64,000 nt of DNA from contig CAXXVS010000002.1 of the NCBI GenBank assembly GCA_963674755.2, forward strand, positions 800,001 to 864,000, given 5' to 3'. Under the pieces are notes generated by a model that was not told where the DNA came from, ran no database searches, and was given only the letters and a program-made list of their open reading frames with translations. Below are positions 18,586-27,817 of the stretch, piece by piece. A program made the translations under genes and the position numbers. Every line of letters starts with the position of its first letter. Within the stretch, counting starts at the first letter, position 1. The stretch is from Desulfobacterales bacterium (GTDB lineage: Bacteria > Desulfobacterota > Desulfobacteria > Desulfobacterales > UBA5852).

Positions 18586-19164
18586 CTAACGACGTCGCTT
18601 TTTCTTCTTCCGATGTGGCTTGGCCTTCTCCAGTTTCTTGGCCAGATTGATTTTCTTCTCTTCAAGTTTGTGCTGAATCGAAGCGCGGTATTCGACAATC
18701 GTTTTAAGCGCAAAAAAATAAGCTGCGGCGGCCAGCGGCAGCCCTACAACGACGCCTCCCACCAGTAAAATACCGATGATTTCCGGTGCGCTGCGAAGGG
18801 TGTATAACAGGGCATCGAGGTTGAACTCCGTGGGCAGCTTATAACCGTTCTGGATAAATAATACCTTCTCGCCAATATAGTAGGTAATGCCGTATACGAC
18901 GGGCGCCGATAAAGGATTGGAAATCCAGACGGCCAAAGCGGCCGAAAACTTATTCCACTTCAACAGTGCCGCCAGCGGTACGGCGATTGCCGTATGCAAT
19001 CCCATAAAGGGCGTCATGCCCACAAAAATACCCAATGCGAAACCCAGCGCAATTTCCCGGGGATTCCCGCGGATTTTGAGAAACCGAAAATAAGCTTTTT
19101 TTATAGGTTCCGTCCAGCGGCTAAAGTTGCCGCGCGGTTTGTTCTGAGGCAGATCTTCCAACAT
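18586..19164 (-). CDS. DUF2062 family membrane protein
   Basis: PREIALGFALGIFVGMTP, WISNPLS; basic C-terminal tail. Confidence 0.88.
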   Translation of the reverse strand: MLEDLPQNKPRGNFSRWTEPIKKAYFRFLKIRGNPREIALGFALGIFVGMTPFMGLHTAIAVPLAALLKWNKFSAALAVWISNPLSAPVVYGITYYIGEKVLFIQNGYKLPTEFNLDALLYTLRSAPEIIGILLVGGVVVGLPLAAAAYFFALKTIVEYRASIQHKLEEKKINLAKKLEKAKPHRKKKKRRR

Positions 19165-19435
19165 AGATCGATATCTGGACCTGATAATTGCGGTTACAAT
19201 GCTCCATGGGCAGATGGAAAATCTAAAAACGCCTTGTTAGAACCGCGGAGCTGTCGACGTACGAAGTTACAAAGCCGCCGATGGGTTTAACAACCCTTTT
19301 ATCAAACGCCGAATCGGCTTTTTATTGAACCATTTCACCCCCGATTTGTAAAGCAATTACCACAAAATCATTGGAGGCAAAAGCACCATGGAAGCACGCG
19401 AAGATGGCGAAAATAACGACGCCATCCGGAATCGA

Positions 19436-20389
19436 TCAGGCGGATGTCGAACGTAACGGTTTCGGGCGAGGGGAGCATCCAATGGTCGTCAGCTTGACGA
19501 GTGCCCAGAGGGTGAACAACGGGATGAGGATGGTCTGGAGGATAAATACGACCATCAGGCGAACGGTATCTTTCGTGAAGTGCTCCAACTTAGCACTCAG
19601 ATGGTCGATTTTTTGGCGAAGATCGAACCACTTCTGGGTTTCGGTCAGCCAGCGGCGCACTCCGGCTAATTTGCCGGTTGTTGACGGTGCCGTCTCATTG
19701 GTGGCGGTGGGATCCACCTGTTTGAGCTCGTCATTGATGTGCGTGAGGGTCTGGGTCGCTTCCTCATATTGAATGTTCAGAAAGCGGTCATAAATCGTTT
19801 CACTGGCCAGGGCCACGGCTGGGATCAGCAGCCGTACCACGATCGCCAGTAACACCAGACGCGCGCCCAACGCGTGTAGATCGACGGCGCCCCAAAACCG
19901 TTTCCAGACGGATACGGCCAACAGGAGCATACCGGCGGACAGAACCACCTGCAACCCCAGCCAATCGCTCATTTCCATCAGAATGCGTTGAATCCCCAGA
20001 GAGGTCGTGCTGACGAGCATGACCCACGAAAAGCGTTCGGCAAGATCGTTGATCGGGTCCAATATTTCCCCGACTGACAATGTCAGTCCGATACCGGCGG
20101 GCGAAACCGCAACTTCCGTACCCTGGATCACAGAAATCATGCCGTTGAGTCCCCTGACCATGGCAAAGGTATAAGCTGCCCTGGCCATGGTTTTTTCAAC
20201 ATAGGATTCTGCACGCCGGTCCAGTCGGACGAGCGGTGTTTTTGTCAAAAGGACACCCAATGTCGAGCTGCCGGCCAAAATCGCCACAACAAGCCAGATC
20301 AGAGTGGCGGCGCCTTTACGCTGTAAGGGGGATAATTTTCGCAATGCTGGAAGGCCTTTCGATAAATGAGGCCGCGTCTTGGCAGCCAT
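19436..20389 (-). CDS. Hypothetical multi-pass membrane protein
   Basis: Several hydrophobic segments; RGLNGMISVIQGTE..GEILDPINDLAERFSWVM core; start uncertain. Confidence 0.7.
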   Translation of the reverse strand: MAAKTRPHLSKGLPALRKLSPLQRKGAATLIWLVVAILAGSSTLGVLLTKTPLVRLDRRAESYVEKTMARAAYTFAMVRGLNGMISVIQGTEVAVSPAGIGLTLSVGEILDPINDLAERFSWVMLVSTTSLGIQRILMEMSDWLGLQVVLSAGMLLLAVSVWKRFWGAVDLHALGARLVLLAIVVRLLIPAVALASETIYDRFLNIQYEEATQTLTHINDELKQVDPTATNETAPSTTGKLAGVRRWLTETQKWFDLRQKIDHLSAKLEHFTKDTVRLMVVFILQTILIPLFTLWALVKLTTIGCSPRPKPLRSTSA

Positions 20390-20690
20390 TGTGAGCAGGC
20401 ACGCATTGCTATCTGCGTCCTGCAATGGGGCATTATAAGGAAATCCACTGTCTGTCGTCAATCGTGGCGCCTTTAACGGCATTATGCACTGATACGATGA
20501 CATCCTTCCGCCAATCCAGCCTGCCGGCGGCCGACGCGAAGACCCGGAATATTCCAGGATAAAAGATGGATAGGGGGTTGGAATTGTGCTATGAACCCGT
20601 CGACGTAAAAGGCGCTGCCGCGTTCATCTCGGCGTTAAGGCGGGTTTTGCTCCCCACTTCGTTGCCGCAAGCGATTCAACGCAGAACGAT

Positions 20691-20885
20691 TTGGACTGTC
20701 AGACCCATCTGCTGATTCGAGGGATTGACGCCGGTGAGGATGTGGTCCGTTTTGCCGCCGATCACAATGTCGAAGAAATTGTCATTGGGGTGCGCCGACG
20801 GTCCAAAGTGGGGAAGCTGATTTTCGGATCCACCGCCCAATATGTCATTCTGAATGCGCCGTGCCCGGTGGTGACCGTTCGCTAA
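20691..20885 (+). pseudogene. Universal stress protein (USP), C-terminal half only
   Basis: EEIVIGVRRRSKVGKLIFGSTAQYVILNAPCPVVTVR is a USP C-terminus; the upstream in-frame sequence is not USP-like and reaches TGA at 20592. Confidence 0.7.
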
Positions 20886-21019
20886 ATACCGATACGTCAA
20901 TGAGTTATAGCAAAAGGCTTCCCCTCGGCGGGGACCACTGAAAGCCAGGATACCGGACAACATGCCGTGGCTCGGTTTTCGGGTTGCTGACATTCTCCTG
21001 GGTTGAAAGGAGCTTTGCC

Positions 21020-21985
21020 ATGAAAAAAAGGATTGCTTGCGCTGTACTGCTGATGTTGACATGGACAGCGGCCGCGCTCGGCGCTGAGAGCTACCGTATT
21101 TCGGTAAGTCAGTTTGTGGAGCATCCGGCCCTGGATGCCGTTTTGAAAGGGTTTCAGGATTATCTGGCCGAAGAGGACCTCGCTGCAACTTACATGGTTC
21201 ATAATGCCCAGGCCAATATGGCGACCGCCGGGCAGATCGGCACCCAGATCATGGGCGAGCAGCCCGATCTCATTCTGGCCATTGCCACGCCCACGGCCCA
21301 GGCAGTGGCCCAGGCCTTCAAAAAAGCGCCCCACATGAAGACCACCCCCTTTCTGTTCACAGCCATCACCGATCCCGTCGAGGCGGGGCTGGTCAGCGAT
21401 TGGCAGCACCCCGGAGGCCATACGACTGGTGTTTCGGACCGCTTGCCCCTTGACGCGCACATGGGGATGGTGCTGCGCTTCTATCCGAACCTAAAGAAGC
21501 TCGGTGTCCTCTATAATGCGGGGGAGGCCAATTCCAAAACCACGGTGCAGGGAATGCGCGCCATCGGGCAAGCGCAGGGCTTTGAAGTCATCGACGCGAC
21601 GGTCTCCAAATCGAGCGATGTCTACCAGGCCACCAAGAGCCTCGTGGGGCGCGTCGATGCGGTCTTCGTTCCTACGGACAACACGGTGGTATCCGCTCTG
21701 GAATCCGCTGTTAAAGTCTGCACGGAGGCCAAGCTGGCCCTGTTCTGTGCGGATGTGGACAGTGTCAAACGGGGCGCCGTAGCGGCCATGGGGTTCGACT
21801 ATTACCAACATGGCCGTCAGACCGGTGCCATGGCCAAACGTATTTTTGAGGGGGCCCGGCCCGGCGATATGCCGGTGGAAACCCAAAAAGAACTGGAACT
21901 GCATCTCAACCTGGTGTCGGCGCGACAAATGGGCGTCACCGTCCCACCGGCTTTGGTCGAAGAAGCCGACAAGATCTATGAATAG
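21020..21985 (+). CDS. ABC transporter substrate-binding protein (putative aromatic amino acid, TrpX-like)
   Basis: Signal peptide MKKRIAC..; QFVEHPALD, IATPTAQA, FTAITDPV, VPTDNTV; AAGGAG RBS. Confidence 0.9.
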   Translation: MKKRIACAVLLMLTWTAAALGAESYRISVSQFVEHPALDAVLKGFQDYLAEEDLAATYMVHNAQANMATAGQIGTQIMGEQPDLILAIATPTAQAVAQAFKKAPHMKTTPFLFTAITDPVEAGLVSDWQHPGGHTTGVSDRLPLDAHMGMVLRFYPNLKKLGVLYNAGEANSKTTVQGMRAIGQAQGFEVIDATVSKSSDVYQATKSLVGRVDAVFVPTDNTVVSALESAVKVCTEAKLALFCADVDSVKRGAVAAMGFDYYQHGRQTGAMAKRIFEGARPGDMPVETQKELELHLNLVSARQMGVTVPPALVEEADKIYE

Positions 21986-22000
21986 GGCGGCGCGGTTTTC

Positions 22001-22891
22001 ATGATTTCCTGGTATGCGGCGGTGGGTGCCGTGGAGCAGGGGCTGCTCTACGGCATCATGGTGGTGGGGGTCTTCTTGACCTTTCGGGTGCTGGATTTTC
22101 CGGACCTTACCGTGGACGGCAGCCTGCCGTTGGGCGCGGCGGTTTCGGCCGTGGCCATTACCCACGGTATCCATCCCCTGGCGGCGCTCGTTCTGGCGAT
22201 GGCGGCCGGTTTCATGGCCGGAATGGTTACGGCCCTGTTGAATACGAAGCTTAACATCCTGCATTTGCTGGCTTCGATTCTCACCATGATCGCGCTGTAT
22301 TCGATCAATATTCGCATCATGGACGGCCCCAATATCTCTCTTCTCGGCGCCCGTACGCTGCTGGACCTGCTGCCCGAAACGGGATTGGTTGGCTATGGCG
22401 CCGCGGTTGTGCTTTATGGCGTTCTGGCCACCGGTGTTACCGCATTCGTTATCTGGTTTCTGCACACCGAACTGGGATTGGCGGTTCTGGCCACCGGGGA
22501 CAACCCGCGCATGATTACCGCCCAGGGGGTCAACACCCATTCCATCATTCTGCTGGGGGTCGGGCTGTCCAATGCGCTGGTCGCCTTGAGCGGCGCCCTG
22601 GTGGCCCAGAATCAGGGGGCTGCCGACGTCAATATGGGCGTCGGCACCATCATCGCCGGCCTGGCCTCGGTGATTGTGGGGGAAACGGTTTTCGGCCGGG
22701 GCGGTATTGCTCGCGGCTGCATTGCCGCTCTGTTGGGCTCCATCCTCTATCGGGTGGCCATCGCCCTGGCCCTGGGCCTCAAATGGGGCGCCTTCGCCTT
22801 TACGCCCAGTGACCTGAATTTGATCACGGCCCTCATCGTGGTGGTGGCGCTGATGACCCCTTTCATCAAAAAGCGGTGGGCCCGGTTATGA
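22001..22891 (+). CDS. ABC transporter permease
   Basis: RVLDFPDLTVDGSLPLG, ATGDNPRM, GLASVIVGE. Confidence 0.92.
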   Translation: MISWYAAVGAVEQGLLYGIMVVGVFLTFRVLDFPDLTVDGSLPLGAAVSAVAITHGIHPLAALVLAMAAGFMAGMVTALLNTKLNILHLLASILTMIALYSINIRIMDGPNISLLGARTLLDLLPETGLVGYGAAVVLYGVLATGVTAFVIWFLHTELGLAVLATGDNPRMITAQGVNTHSIILLGVGLSNALVALSGALVAQNQGAADVNMGVGTIIAGLASVIVGETVFGRGGIARGCIAALLGSILYRVAIALALGLKWGAFAFTPSDLNLITALIVVVALMTPFIKKRWARL

Positions 22892-23682
22892 TTCGGATTG
22901 AGGCCTATACCCAGTATTTCCACCGGGGGAGCGTCAACGAGGTCCGCGCCCTCCAGCACATCGATCTCGATCTTGCCAAGGGGGACTTCGTAACCCTGAT
23001 CGGATCCAACGGCGCCGGCAAGTCGACGCTGCTCAACGGGCTGGCGGGGGTGCACCGCCCGGATGCCGGGCGTTTCTATATCGGCGATCGCGATGTGACC
23101 CAATGGCCGGAGCACCGGCGGGCCGCCTGCATCGGGCGGGTGTTCCAAGACCCCTTGGTGGGCACCTGCGCCACGCTTAGCATTGAGCAGAATCTGGCCC
23201 TGGCTGTCAAACGGGGGCAGCGCAGGGGGCTGGGGAAGGGCGTCAGAAGACGGCAGCGGAATTTTTTTGCCGACCAGCTTCGCATTCTCGATCTGGGGCT
23301 TGAAAAGCGGCTCAAGGCATCCGTCGGTTTGTTATCCGGCGGCCAGCGTCAGGCTTTGACCATGGTAATGGCGACCCTGATGGAACCGGAGGTGCTTCTG
23401 CTGGATGAGCACACGGCCGCCCTGGACCCTAAAACAGCCCGGCAGATCATCGACCTGACCGAACGGCTTGTCGCCGCCCGGCAATTGACCACCCTGATGG
23501 TCACCCATAACATGGCCCAGGCGCTGGCCCTTGGCAATCGTCTGATCATGCTGCATCAGGGACGCATCATTCTCGATGTCAGGGGCGAGGAAAAGGCGGG
23601 TTTGACGCTGGAGGATCTCCTGGAACGCTTTTATACCGCCCAGGGAGAGGCCTTTAGCATGGATCGTGCGCTCCTGTGTTGA
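22888..23682 (+). CDS. ABC transporter ATP-binding protein
   Basis: GSNGAGKST, LSGGQRQ, LLLDEHTAALDP; ATGA overlap with the permease stop. Confidence 0.94.
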   Translation: MIRIEAYTQYFHRGSVNEVRALQHIDLDLAKGDFVTLIGSNGAGKSTLLNGLAGVHRPDAGRFYIGDRDVTQWPEHRRAACIGRVFQDPLVGTCATLSIEQNLALAVKRGQRRGLGKGVRRRQRNFFADQLRILDLGLEKRLKASVGLLSGGQRQALTMVMATLMEPEVLLLDEHTAALDPKTARQIIDLTERLVAARQLTTLMVTHNMAQALALGNRLIMLHQGRIILDVRGEEKAGLTLEDLLERFYTAQGEAFSMDRALLC

Positions 23683-23750
23683 AGCAAATCGGCTGCGCGC
23701 CATTACAGGGGGATGACATTTCCCTTGAACCTGCTGGCCTGGTGTGCGGG

Positions 23751-25124
23751 CTAATTTTTCAGGCTGTGAATCGGGGCCGGAATTCGGCCGCCGTGCAGGA
23801 CAAAGGGATTGCCTCCGCGGGCGTTGTTCACCGGCATGATGACCGACTGGCCCAGCAGGCCGCCGAAATGGGCGTTTTCACCGGCCTGCTTGCCCGGTAC
23901 CGGAATGAGCCGGGTGGCGGTGGTTTTGCAGTTGATGACGCCGATGGCCATTTCGTCGGCAATCATGGCGGCGATGGTTTCGGTGCTGGTATCTCCGGGG
24001 ATGGCCACCATATCGAGCCCCACCGAGCAGACGCTTGTCATGGCCTCCAGTTTTTCGACGGTCAGGTGCCCCTGCCGGGCGGCTTCGGCAATGTTGAGAT
24101 CCTCACTGACCGGTATGAAGGCGCCGCTCAGCCCCCCGACATGTGAGCTGGCAAACGCCCCTCCTTTCTTGACGGCATCGTTGAGCATGGCCAGGGCGGC
24201 CGTGCTGCCGGGCACACCGATGTTCAACAATCCAAGGCTCTGGAAAATTTCTCCGACGCTGTCGCCCACATTGGGGGTCGGTGCCAGGCTGAGATCCACT
24301 GCCCCGAATTCAATGCCCATATTATCGGCCACTTCCCGGCCGATGAGCTCCCCCACCCGGGTGACCTTATAGGCCGTCTGCTTGATCAATTCGGAAATCT
24401 GGCCCAGATCCCAGCCGGGGTGCTGGGTAAGGGCCCGGTCGATGGCCTTGCGCACTACGCCAGGTCCGCTGACGCCGACATTGATGACCGCATCCGGTTC
24501 ACCGATGCCTAGATAGGCCCCGGCCATGAAGGGCACATCCTGGGGGATGTTGGCAAAGACACATAGTTTGGCCGCCGCCAGACCGTCCTGGGCGGAGGTC
24601 TTTTCCGCTGCGGCTTTGACCACTTCACCCATCATCAAAACCGCGTCCATGTTGATGCCGGCCCGGGTGCTGGCCACGTTTACCGAGGCGCACACCCGCT
24701 CGGTGGAGGCCAGGGCCTCGGGGATGGCCTCGATCAGGGCGCGATCCCCGCGTGCCAGACCTTTTTCGACCAGCGCCGAGAAGCCGCCGATGAAATCCAC
24801 GTTGACTTCGGCGGCCACCTCGTTAAGGGTCTGCGCCACCGTGACCATTTGGCGGGCATCGAAGGGGGCCGCCACGATGGCAATCGGGCTCACGGAAATG
24901 CGCTTGTTGACCACGGGGATACCGTATTTGTCGCCCACCCGGTTGCAGGTGGACACCAAGTGACGTGACAGGGTGGTAATCTTGCTGCGAATATTGCGGC
25001 ACAACCTGACGGGATCGTCACTGGTGCAATCCATCAGATTGATGCCCAGAGTGACGGTGCGCAGGTCCAGGTGTTCGCTTTGCAGCATTTCCAGGGTGGT
25101 GACGATTTCGCGGCTTGTCAGCAT
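23751..25124 (-). CDS. DUF711/UPF0210 (PFL-like) family protein
   Basis: HLDLRTVTLGI, IPVVNKRISVSPI, GGLSGAFIPVSED, MTSVCSVGLDM, GRIPAPIHSLKN. Confidence 0.93.
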   Translation of the reverse strand: MLTSREIVTTLEMLQSEHLDLRTVTLGINLMDCTSDDPVRLCRNIRSKITTLSRHLVSTCNRVGDKYGIPVVNKRISVSPIAIVAAPFDARQMVTVAQTLNEVAAEVNVDFIGGFSALVEKGLARGDRALIEAIPEALASTERVCASVNVASTRAGINMDAVLMMGEVVKAAAEKTSAQDGLAAAKLCVFANIPQDVPFMAGAYLGIGEPDAVINVGVSGPGVVRKAIDRALTQHPGWDLGQISELIKQTAYKVTRVGELIGREVADNMGIEFGAVDLSLAPTPNVGDSVGEIFQSLGLLNIGVPGSTAALAMLNDAVKKGGAFASSHVGGLSGAFIPVSEDLNIAEAARQGHLTVEKLEAMTSVCSVGLDMVAIPGDTSTETIAAMIADEMAIGVINCKTTATRLIPVPGKQAGENAHFGGLLGQSVIMPVNNARGGNPFVLHGGRIPAPIHSLKN

Positions 25125-25186
25125 GCTATGCCTCGATGACGTGATTGAAAAAATGCCGAATTTTTAGATGATTTTCCCAAGCGGCC

Positions 25187-25741
25187 TCAGATGCGGTTCA
25201 AGGTCATGAAAATTTCCCGGTGCTGAATGCTGACACTGAGGTTCAACTCGGCTCCCCCGGCTCTGAGGTCCTGAAACAATGCCTGCTGTTGGGTCTGGGG
25301 CGGGATGTCCACTTCATAGATCATGATATTGTCATGGGGGTCATCGCCCCCCTTGAACACGGCCTGGCAGTTGGTGATGTTGACCTGGTGGCGGGCGATG
25401 ATTTCGGTAATGCGGGCCACCAGGCCCTTCTGATCGGGGCCGCGGGTGGTGATGACAAAGGATTCGACGCCTTGGGCATTGGATTCCTCATGGCGGGGCT
25501 CCACCGGTTTGACATGCACCTGGAGCTCCATGGGCGCCAACGTTGCAGCGAGTTTTTCCTCCAGTTCGGGCAGCGGCATTCGTTTGGGAATGGTAGCGAT
25601 GAAAATACCGGCGAACTCGGATTGCAGACTGGTCTGGCTGACATTTTCAATGTTGCTGTCATTCTCGTAGAGCAGCCGCGAAACGGCCGCGATGATGCCG
25701 GGGCGGTCATTACCCAGGACGGAGATAATAATTTTTTTCAT
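25187..25741 (-). CDS. Tandem ACT domain protein (GcvR-like)
   Basis: ISVLGNDRPGIIAAVS and ITTRGPDQKGLVARIT; a usual neighbour of DUF711. Confidence 0.88.
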   Translation of the reverse strand: MKKIIISVLGNDRPGIIAAVSRLLYENDSNIENVSQTSLQSEFAGIFIATIPKRMPLPELEEKLAATLAPMELQVHVKPVEPRHEESNAQGVESFVITTRGPDQKGLVARITEIIARHQVNITNCQAVFKGGDDPHDNIMIYEVDIPPQTQQQALFQDLRAGGAELNLSVSIQHREIFMTLNRI

Positions 25742-25768
25742 GGCGTCCTTGTCTCGAAGCGCAATGGG

Positions 25769-26788
25769 TCAGGCCGCCGGCGACCGCAAAATATCCGGGC
25801 GAACGGCCGTTACATCCGGGCAGCCGGTCAAGACCATGGCCGATTGCAGCTCGTTTTTGATCTGGTCGATATAGGTGGTCACGCCTTCCACGAGGCCGCC
25901 CATGGTGGCAATGGAAAAGGGGCGGCCGATCAAGACGGCGTTCGCTCCCAAGGCGAGCATCTTGAGGATGTCGACCCCGGAGCGGATACCACCGTCGGTC
26001 AGGATGGCGATTTGCCCCCGCACGGCGGCGGCAATTTCCGGCAGCACCTCGGCCGCTCCCGGGGCATGATCCAGGACGCGGCCGCCATGGTTGGAGACCA
26101 CAATGGCCCGGGCGCCTACATCGACAGCCAGACGCGCCTGATCCGCGGTCATGATGCCTTTGAGGATAAAGGGCACCGGCACCCGTTCGATGATGACCTT
26201 CATCTGGGCCGGGGATTTCGGGCTCACAGGACGTCCCATTTGCCGCAGGGTCACCAGTCCGGCAGCATCGATATCCATACCCACAGCCGGAGCACCAGTG
26301 GCCACGGCCGCCTCTAACTTGGCGAACAATTCCTCGTCTTCCCAGGGTTTGATGAAGGGGATGCCGTGTCCCTCAAGGGCGCGTATGGCGGCAAAGGCCG
26401 CTTCATGGATAAAGGCGGGGACACCGTCCCCGGTGGCGCCAATGATGCCGCGTGCCCGGCAGCCCTCCAGTTTGGACCGGATATAGTCGTCTTCCGATAG
26501 GGCCCCGCCCATGTTGAAGGAGACCCCGCCGATGGGGGCCGCCAGAACTGGCAGGTCCAATGTCAGGCCGAGGAGGGAAACAGCGGTTTTGGGGGTTGTG
26601 ACTTCATGGAGGAGGCGCATCTCCAGCCGATAGGCCGCCAAGGCCTCGAGGTTGGCGCGAAATGAGGCGCCGCTGCCGAGCCCGCCCATTCCCGGGACTT
26701 CTCCGGCGCAGGCCACGCCATTGCAAACCGGGCATACCCGGCAATGACCTTTCATGGACTTTCGGGCAGCAGCGCGGATGGTCTTCAT
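25769..26788 (-). CDS. FMN-dependent alpha-hydroxy acid oxidase/dehydrogenase with an N-terminal Cys motif
   Basis: LKGIMT, VVSNHGGRVLD, DGGIRSGVD, IGRP; N-terminal CRVCPVCNGVAC; start set at MKTIR. Confidence 0.9.
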   Translation of the reverse strand: MKTIRAAARKSMKGHCRVCPVCNGVACAGEVPGMGGLGSGASFRANLEALAAYRLEMRLLHEVTTPKTAVSLLGLTLDLPVLAAPIGGVSFNMGGALSEDDYIRSKLEGCRARGIIGATGDGVPAFIHEAAFAAIRALEGHGIPFIKPWEDEELFAKLEAAVATGAPAVGMDIDAAGLVTLRQMGRPVSPKSPAQMKVIIERVPVPFILKGIMTADQARLAVDVGARAIVVSNHGGRVLDHAPGAAEVLPEIAAAVRGQIAILTDGGIRSGVDILKMLALGANAVLIGRPFSIATMGGLVEGVTTYIDQIKNELQSAMVLTGCPDVTAVRPDILRSPAA

Positions 26789-26929
26789 CGTAATCGTTCT
26801 CCATTTTAATCGAGGTGTACAGTCCCGCGGCCTTGTGGTATGGAATCCACTTCGGCCCGCCAGCCATTGCCCGGTGTGGGGCGCCGGCCGGAAGAAAACA
26901 GCGCACCATACAACCAGAAGGGCCGTCAA

Positions 26930-27817
26930 ATGTCAAAAAAAAATCTCATGACGATTATCAGGGAGCATCGCTCCCTGTTCATCGTGATCGCCGTGGGGTT
27001 GTTTCTGATCGAATTGGAGATCTTCGTCCTGGCGGCCATGAAGTCGGGCCGCAAGTCCGTCATTCAGGTGAAGAACGCCGCCGGTGATGTTATCTACGAA
27101 TCCGACGGGAATAATCTCAGCCAATTCGACCGCTACTACTTCGAACAGAACTTCGGCCCCCTGGAAAACTATCAGCTCGGACTGGTGACGCGCGAGGTGC
27201 CCTTTCCCTTTCGGGCCTGGTTCGTGGCCGCTTTCGGGCTGCCGGTGGGCGGGGTTCTGCTGTTTGCCTTTGTGGTACGGGCCTATTTGGCGATCTTCTA
27301 TCCCGATCAACTGAACGCGGCTTCCCGCACGGCCGATTCGGACGGCGGATCAGGGCTGGAACGGTTTCTGCTGCGGGTCAGCCGCTACAATGTCTTCATT
27401 ATCGGGTTTCTGGTGCTGATGGGCATCCTGGCCTATTGGGTGGTACCCAACGTGATCGTCTACGTCGGCCGGGTGAGCGTGGAGACCATTGTCCGCTACA
27501 AGTGGTTTTTTATCGCTGCCGCTGCCATCTGCCTGGGGCTTCTGATCTGGGTGATCTATCTGCGCTATCTTCTGGCCCGCAAAAGCATCGAAAGCCGGAC
27601 GGAAGTGGAAAAACACCGTCTTGAATTGGCGTATAAATATGACGGCAAAGCCCCCCCAGGCCTGACGCACGAAAACCACGCCGGACTTGTGACCTGGGAA
27701 GGCGAGATTATGGCGGAGCGGCCGGACGAGGAGGAGGGCGATGGCCCGGAAGAAACAATTCCTGAAGCATTAGACAACCGCACGATGCGACCCGATGCAG
27801 ATCGTCACCACCCATAA
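26930..27817 (+). CDS. Hypothetical membrane protein (about 4 TM)
   Basis: Four hydrophobic segments and an acidic tail; overlaps the next gene start. Confidence 0.72.
   Translation: MSKKNLMTIIREHRSLFIVIAVGLFLIELEIFVLAAMKSGRKSVIQVKNAAGDVIYESDGNNLSQFDRYYFEQNFGPLENYQLGLVTREVPFPFRAWFVAAFGLPVGGVLLFAFVVRAYLAIFYPDQLNAASRTADSDGGSGLERFLLRVSRYNVFIIGFLVLMGILAYWVVPNVIVYVGRVSVETIVRYKWFFIAAAAICLGLLIWVIYLRYLLARKSIESRTEVEKHRLELAYKYDGKAPPGLTHENHAGLVTWEGEIMAERPDEEEGDGPEETIPEALDNRTMRPDADRHHP

Noticed and set aside
20886..21019. Riboswitch or T-box ahead of the ABC transporter; cyclic-dinucleotide riboswitches near the mgl and cyclase genes
   Set aside because: No consensus elements recognised by eye; an Rfam scan would be needed to exclude them.
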